NCBI RefSeq assembly: GCF_000981785.2
Contig: NZ_CP011304.1
Coordinates: 2,520,001 to 2,552,000, forward strand
Direction: 5' to 3'
Length of the DNA stretch: 32,000 bases
Source of the DNA: Microcystis aeruginosa NIES-2549
GTDB taxonomy: Bacteria; Cyanobacteriota; Cyanobacteriia; Cyanobacteriales; Microcystaceae
Shown here: one piece after another, positions 27,039-32,000 of the stretch
Layout: every line of letters starts with the position of its first letter
How positions within the stretch are numbered: position 1 is the first letter of the stretch
Made by a program: the position numbers and the translations under genes
The notes under the pieces: generated by a model
Told to the model about the DNA's origin: nothing
Database searches by the model: none
The model's input: only the letters and a program-made list of their open reading frames with translations

Positions 27039-27117
27039 GTTGCATCTGCTTTTTACTTGCGACTTGGTGTGAGATGATCTAGAGATGTCTATTTTATGAG
27101 AAGGATAAAGAAAAGTA

Positions 27118-27456
27118 ATGGCAGAAATTCAGTTTTCCAGGGGGTTAAAAGAACCGATTGTTCCCGATATCCGCTTAAGTCGCACTAAAACGGGAGAAAA
27201 GGGATCGGCAAAATTTTATTTTGATCAACCGACTATCCTGGGAGATCAACAAACCGAGGAAATCACGGGGATGTATCTCATCGATGAGGAAGGAGAAATC
27301 GTCACCAGGGAAGTAAAAGGCAAATTCATCAACGGTAAACCCATGGCGATCGAAGCTACGGTTATTTTTAATTCTCCCGCAGAGTGGGATCGTTTTATGC
27401 GTTTTATGGAACGTTACGGTAGCGAAAACGGTCTAGAATTTACTAAATCTTCCTGA
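27118..27456 (+). CDS. psb28: photosystem II reaction centre protein Psb28
   Basis: 112-aa ORF. Its length and sequence ([38 protein letters not shown]...[13 protein letters not shown]) match Psb28. Confidence 0.9.
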   Translation: MAEIQFSRGLKEPIVPDIRLSRTKTGEKGSAKFYFDQPTILGDQQTEEITGMYLIDEEGEIVTREVKGKFINGKPMAIEATVIFNSPAEWDRFMRFMERYGSENGLEFTKSS

Positions 27457-27484
27457 TTTTACCCTTAGCTTCTGGCAATCTGTC

Positions 27485-27513
27485 AAAAAACCCGCATTCA
27501 GGATCGATGCGGG
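27485..27513 (-). terminator. rho-independent terminator downstream of the FKBP gene (possibly bidirectional with psb28)
   Basis: On the minus strand, CCCGCAT-CGATCCTGA-ATGCGGG is followed by TTTTTTG. It lies between the convergent psb28 and FKBP genes. Confidence 0.7.
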
Positions 27514-27539
27514 TAGAAGTGAAAAATCAGAGGAAAAAG

Positions 27540-28058
27540 CTATTTAACTCCCAACAATTCCACATCGAAAAGTAAAGTCGCGTTGGGAGGAATTACCCCA
27601 CCGGCACCCCGCGCACCATAACCCAATTCTGGGGGGATAATTAAGGTACGCTGTCCACCGACTTTCATCGATGCGACTCCTTCATCCCATCCTTTGATCA
27701 CTTGACCCACTCCAATGGTAAAGGTAAAAGGTTGATTGCGATCCTTGGAACTATCGAATTTTTTGCCGTCTGTGAGGGTTCCCGTGTAGTGAACAGTCAC
27801 TTTTTGACCTTTTTGGGGAGTTTCTCCAGTTCCTTCCACGATATCGATGTATTTTAGTCCCGAATCGGTGGTAACTGCTTGATCTAAATCCATGGAGATG
27901 ATTTCCTTATTAATAGTTTGAGTGATAGCGGGTGGATCGATTTCTGCGGCGATCGCATTGGTTTTTTCCCCTCCACCAAAGAGGGAAGCAACGATTAAAA
28001 ATAAGCCACAAACCGCAATAATAGCAAAACTGAGCAAGATTTCGCGCATTGATTTCAT
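27540..28058 (-). CDS. FKBP-type peptidyl-prolyl cis-trans isomerase with an N-terminal membrane/signal anchor
   Basis: 172-aa ORF with a hydrophobic N-terminus and an FKBP_C domain ([21 protein letters not shown]...[32 protein letters not shown]). Confidence 0.9.
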   Translation of the reverse strand: MKSMREILLSFAIIAVCGLFLIVASLFGGGEKTNAIAAEIDPPAITQTINKEIISMDLDQAVTTDSGLKYIDIVEGTGETPQKGQKVTVHYTGTLTDGKKFDSSKDRNQPFTFTIGVGQVIKGWDEGVASMKVGGQRTLIIPPELGYGARGAGGVIPPNATLLFDVELLGVK

Positions 28059-28064
28059 AGTTCC

Positions 28065-28388
28065 CTAACGCCAGAGTTTATTCTCTAAGTCTCTCACCTG
28101 CCGTTCTAATCTATCAATCCTTCCTCGCAGTTCGTCCATTTCCGATTGTCGGGGAACCCCTAAATCCCGCAAGATCTGGCGAATATAGCGTTCTAAGTTA
28201 TTCTCGAAGTTTCCCTGTTCGGACTTCATCTGTGTCATCAGATCATCGACAAAGTTTTTAGCCTGATCGGAATTGATTTTACCGTCTTTTACTAATTCAT
28301 CGCTCACTTCTTTGATCTTTTCTGCCACCATGGAAGTAGTGCCAATACCCATCAGCAGCAATTGTTTAATCCAGTCGCTATTATCCAT
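28065..28388 (-). CDS. phasin-like coiled-coil protein (COG3937-like)
   Basis: About 107 aa from ATG 28388; the track start at 28406 is a TTG. It contains LLMGIGTTSMVAEKIKEVSDELVKDGK and a C-terminal SEMDELRGRIDRLERQVRDLE coiled coil. Confidence 0.55.
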   Translation of the reverse strand: MDNSDWIKQLLLMGIGTTSMVAEKIKEVSDELVKDGKINSDQAKNFVDDLMTQMKSEQGNFENNLERYIRQILRDLGVPRQSEMDELRGRIDRLERQVRDLENKLWR

Positions 28389-28402
28389 TGTTTTCACACT
28401 TT

Positions 28403-30226
28403 TCAAGGAGACGGGGATAAAAATATCCCTATTCCATTATGGACTTTTGCGGCGGTAACGGCAGAGCGATCGAGCAGATAACCCCCTAAGGTTATTCCAG
28501 TGGAACTCCCCCCATCTAGGTTTAAACCGTCTGTTGCCGCCATTAACAGCAAAATTCGAGCTAATTCGCCTAAAGTTGCCCCCCTTCCCCCGACGCGATT
28601 ATGGATAGCAACTAGCAGAATTTTTCCTTCTCGGCTAACTGCGATCGCACTGCGGGAAGCTTGTTGATTTTGGAATGCCGGACTAAATTTTTCGGCATTT
28701 CCATCTAAAACTATGCGCCCATTCTGCAATAATAGGGGGCCAGCACCTAAAATCTGAGGATAATTGGCAAAATCCCTCGGTAGGGTGACGCTATCGAGGT
28801 TGACTGTCTCACCAATATTTAAATTAATATCTGTCTTTCGGCAGATGACTAAATAGCCATTTTCTGGTACTTCTATACTATCCTGTGGCAAAAGATTATT
28901 TAATTTCTCCGTCACGCGATCGCCTTGGACGACTAACCCAGTTTCCCGCTCGGTGAGGGGATGATAATTACTTCCCCAATCGCGAGTATAACGACTGCAG
29001 CCGGCTGTTAGGAAGGCACTATTTAACTGGGTTAGGGGAAAACGTTGTCCGGTGGCAGTAATGAGAGTTTCCTCTAAACTGAGGCGATCGATCCTGATTT
29101 TACCACGATTATCCCATGCGATCGCTCCTCGGTTTAAAATTGGTCCGGATAACCATTTGCCATCCACACGAATTGCTCCCAAAGGTAACTGATTATTACG
29201 ATTAAAAAAGCCGCCATTAATCATCGCTACTGCGTTACTTTCGCTATTAATCGTGATCAGGGGATTAGTGCCGCGCATTGAGGTGGAATTAGCGGTAATT
29301 GGTTTAATAGTTATCTGAGGATTTCTAGGATCGATTTCTAACCAAGTCACGGGAAACCAATCTTTGTCTAACTGGATATATTTTTGATTCCAGATTAACC
29401 CTGGTTGCCAAACAATGCGCTTTTCATCCATAGCATCGGGACGAGAATCAATGATAATTCGGGGAGGATTAGCCACACTGCTGATCTGTAATCCGTAGGC
29501 AGTGGGAAGGTTAATTTTTAAACGACTGATCACTCCATTATTTTCTAAGGAAGTGATCTGAGTGGCTAAGTTATTATTGGAGTTGCCTAGATCATCTTCA
29601 TCGTTATTTTGATTACTGTTGCTGATAGTTTGGGGTTGAAACCTAGAGACGAGCGATTGCTGGGCATTTCCTTCTAGGGTAATCACAGCTTCATTTTTTG
29701 CCTGACTAACTTGCCAAAAGGTCGGGCGATCAAGTTGAATAATAATCCTTTGTACTGCTCCATAATTTTCTAGCTGAATATCTTGAATCTGGGGAGCAGG
29801 AAAGTTAATAGTTAAACTATCGCCATTAATAGTGGTTGTTGCCCCCATTTTTAGTAAAATATCCGTAACATCCAGCCAGCGATCGGAATTGATCAAATTA
29901 GCTGATAAAGTTTGTAAATTAAACCAGTTTATCGGTTGCTTTTTTGGATCATTTGTGCTAAGAAAATCCATGCCAAATAATTGTCTTGATCCCGTGTCAC
30001 TCATGGCGATTCTGGTACTATTTGCTGTTGTCCACTGTCGCCAAGAAACGGGCAAAGAACGACCATTAAGAATAATTTTTTTTCCCTGTTGCTGGTTTGA
30101 TAAATCCCTAGCAGCTAAAGTTATTGGTGATCTATGATCGGCTAAAGATATAGCTGGACTGCCGATAATTATCAAGGAAGTTACCGTTAAACAGATAGAT
30201 GATAAAGTCAGGTAATTTAACTGCAT
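28403..30226 (-). CDS. secreted phosphodiester glycosidase (NAGPA/DUF2233) family protein with an AMIN-like N-terminal region
   Basis: 607-aa ORF with a signal-peptide-like N-terminus. An AMIN-like segment (IQDIQLENYGAVQRIIIQLDRP) is present. The C-terminal domain contains AMINGGFF and GLNLDGGSSTG, typical of DUF2233. Confidence 0.7.
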   Translation of the reverse strand: MQLNYLTLSSICLTVTSLIIIGSPAISLADHRSPITLAARDLSNQQQGKKIILNGRSLPVSWRQWTTANSTRIAMSDTGSRQLFGMDFLSTNDPKKQPINWFNLQTLSANLINSDRWLDVTDILLKMGATTTINGDSLTINFPAPQIQDIQLENYGAVQRIIIQLDRPTFWQVSQAKNEAVITLEGNAQQSLVSRFQPQTISNSNQNNDEDDLGNSNNNLATQITSLENNGVISRLKINLPTAYGLQISSVANPPRIIIDSRPDAMDEKRIVWQPGLIWNQKYIQLDKDWFPVTWLEIDPRNPQITIKPITANSTSMRGTNPLITINSESNAVAMINGGFFNRNNQLPLGAIRVDGKWLSGPILNRGAIAWDNRGKIRIDRLSLEETLITATGQRFPLTQLNSAFLTAGCSRYTRDWGSNYHPLTERETGLVVQGDRVTEKLNNLLPQDSIEVPENGYLVICRKTDINLNIGETVNLDSVTLPRDFANYPQILGAGPLLLQNGRIVLDGNAEKFSPAFQNQQASRSAIAVSREGKILLVAIHNRVGGRGATLGELARILLLMAATDGLNLDGGSSTGITLGGYLLDRSAVTAAKVHNGIGIFLSPSP

Positions 30227-30228
30227 AA

Positions 30229-31779
30229 TTATCCCCCTAAATCACCTGAGTTAAGATGATAAAGAGCAATGATTTTTTCCGTGACTTCTGTAATAGTGAG
30301 ATGATCGGTATTAACTTCGATCGCATCTGTGGCTTTTCGCAGGGGTGCTAGGGAGCGATTACTATCCAAATAATCCCTTTTTTCAATCTCTTGGGTTAAT
30401 TCTGCGAGACTAATACCTCCATTTCCCTGCGCTTCTAAGTCTTTTAATCTCCTTCTGGCTCTTTCTTCGGGTGTCGCTGTCAAGAAAATCTTTAATTCCG
30501 CTTCTGGGAAAACATTAGTACCAATATCTCGACCTTCCACAACTATTCCCCCCGACATTCCCATCTGTCTTTGCAGGGTGACTAACTGCTGTCGCACCGC
30601 TTTTTGAGCGGCAATTCTGGACACTTGCGAGGTAATTGCGGGAGAGCGAATCTCTAAAGTCACATCCTGCCCGTTAATCTTCACTATAGTCACATTTTCG
30701 GGACTATCGGCCGGAATTATTTCTATCTTCGCTAAAGATAATAACTCGGCGATGGCCGCTTCTGCGGACAAATCCAGACCGGAATTCACCACCAACCATG
30801 TCACCGCACGATACATCGCACCGGTATCGAGATAGGTTAACCCCAATTTTTCCGCTACTAAGCGCGTTACCGTCGATTTTCCCGCTCCAGCAGGTCCATC
30901 AATAGCGATAACTGCCCGACGTTGACGCAAGATAATATTATCAATTAAACGGGTTTGACCGATCGATCCAGCGATCGCTAACAAGCCACCTGTCTCGATC
31001 TGCTCGATCGGTTGTAAACTCTGGGGATGGACTAAATCCAGATACTGAGGGCGAAATTCTGGCACTCTGTCGAGATTTTTTTGCACAATAGCCAGTAGTT
31101 TTTCCCTTTGTCTTTCCCCTAAACGAAAACTTTCGAGAGCTAATTGCAAACTTTGGGCGATAATTGTCGCTTTTTCCCTTTCTGTGGCCGATAGATACTG
31201 ATTGCGAGAACTAACTGCTAATCCCGATGTTTCTCGCACTGTAGCACAAGCGCGAATCTCGATCGCTAAATTTAAATCCCTGACTAATTGCCGGATAATC
31301 GCTAACTGTTGGGCATCCTTTTCGCCAAAATAGGCGATCGTCGGTGCAATTATATTAAACAACCGCGTGACAATTGTGGCTACTCCCTGAAAATGCCCCG
31401 GACGAAAAGCACTACATAACCCGCTAGTCAGAGAAATCGGGGGAACAACTGCGGTTATCTCCTCAGAATTACCAATTCCTAAAGTTTCCGCACTGGGAGC
31501 AAAAATAGCAGCAACTCCCAAAGATTCACACAATTGGCGATCGCTGTCAAGGCTGCGGGGATAGCGAGAAAAATCCTCTGTGGGGCCAAATTGTAGAGGA
31601 TTAACAAAAATACTGACCACCGTTACCTCCGCTTCCGTCACTGCGCGTCGAATTAGACTAGCATGACCTTTATGGAGAGCGCCCATGGTTGGCACGAGGG
31701 CAATACTATGATCATGGCGATAATCAGCCAAAAAAGTGCGTAAACCGGGGATTGTTGTGAATATTTGCACAGGGTTCAC
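30229..31779 (-). CDS. panC/cmk: bifunctional pantoate--beta-alanine ligase / (d)CMP kinase
   Basis: 516-aa ORF. The N-terminal PanC region has VPTMGALHKGH and FGEKDAQQL. The C-terminal Cmk region has the P-loop IAIDGPAGAGKST and YLDTGAMYRA. The fusion is typical of cyanobacteria. Confidence 0.95.
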   Translation of the reverse strand: MNPVQIFTTIPGLRTFLADYRHDHSIALVPTMGALHKGHASLIRRAVTEAEVTVVSIFVNPLQFGPTEDFSRYPRSLDSDRQLCESLGVAAIFAPSAETLGIGNSEEITAVVPPISLTSGLCSAFRPGHFQGVATIVTRLFNIIAPTIAYFGEKDAQQLAIIRQLVRDLNLAIEIRACATVRETSGLAVSSRNQYLSATEREKATIIAQSLQLALESFRLGERQREKLLAIVQKNLDRVPEFRPQYLDLVHPQSLQPIEQIETGGLLAIAGSIGQTRLIDNIILRQRRAVIAIDGPAGAGKSTVTRLVAEKLGLTYLDTGAMYRAVTWLVVNSGLDLSAEAAIAELLSLAKIEIIPADSPENVTIVKINGQDVTLEIRSPAITSQVSRIAAQKAVRQQLVTLQRQMGMSGGIVVEGRDIGTNVFPEAELKIFLTATPEERARRRLKDLEAQGNGGISLAELTQEIEKRDYLDSNRSLAPLRKATDAIEVNTDHLTITEVTEKIIALYHLNSGDLGG

Positions 31780-31980
31780 TCCTTTAATAGCCTATTCCAC
31801 TACTATTCGCCAGGGGATGCTGCCCGATGATCAATTCGGCTGCTTCCGGGGAATCGGCTTTAAATAATAACATCCCATCGCCTCTTTCTGTCCAATAACT
31901 CGTTTTTTGCCTCCTGTCGGCTCTCTTGGGTTTGGTGGGTAAAATGTATTTTATAAGATATATTCCCGCCAGCGAGCGAC

Positions 31981-32000
31981 TGGAACGAACCACAAAGACA
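31981..32000. repeat. dispersed repeat, second copy of the 20-mer at 2654-2673 (cut by the window end)
   Basis: TGGAACGAACCACAAAGACA is identical at 2654-2673 and at 31981-32000. Confidence 0.8.

Noticed and set aside
31784-31993. 69-aa minus-strand ORF at the window edge
   Set aside because: Its N-terminus is read out of the dispersed 20-mer repeat. Only the last ~30 residues (MLLFKADSPEAAELIIGQHPL) look protein-like, faintly YciI-like. It is possibly a gene remnant, but the support is too weak to call.
1-32000. tRNA, rRNA, tmRNA or riboswitch genes
   Set aside because: A by-eye scan for T-loop-like GGTTCGAAT/GTTCGA contexts and conserved rRNA stretches found nothing convincing. A tRNAscan or Infernal run would be needed to exclude them formally.

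Overview
The window looks like a cyanobacterial chromosome segment, probably Microcystis-like. This is inferred from the many GCGATCGC (HIP1) palindromes, CTGATAA heptamer arrays, psb28, a fused panC-cmk and a group-1 sigma factor. Most of it is housekeeping, largely on the minus strand: an RND efflux pump (3' part), aldo/keto reductase, RodZ-like protein, pseudouridine synthase, Ca-type P-type ATPase, REC-histidine kinase, pentapeptide protein, PucC-like MFS, sigA, leuA, psb28, FKBP and panC-cmk. An accessory, repeat-rich block lies at about 2.6-12 kb. It holds an IS5-like insertion sequence, four tandem 194-bp units that each carry a near-consensus sigma70 promoter, a hicBA toxin-antitoxin cassette bracketed by MITE-like repeats, and the most interesting locus (8863-11864, minus strand). 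That locus pairs a small helical protein with an adjacent STAND NTPase-TM-WD40 protein. The C-terminus of the small protein and the N-terminus of the NTPase share a 22-residue G/N/S/T-rich motif, which is the architecture of NLR-type amyloid/prion signalling effector-receptor pairs. Both genes appear inactivated: a +1 frameshift in the small gene, and a 163-bp MITE with an 8-bp target duplication splitting the NTPase-WD40 gene. No rRNA, tRNA or CRISPR array was seen.
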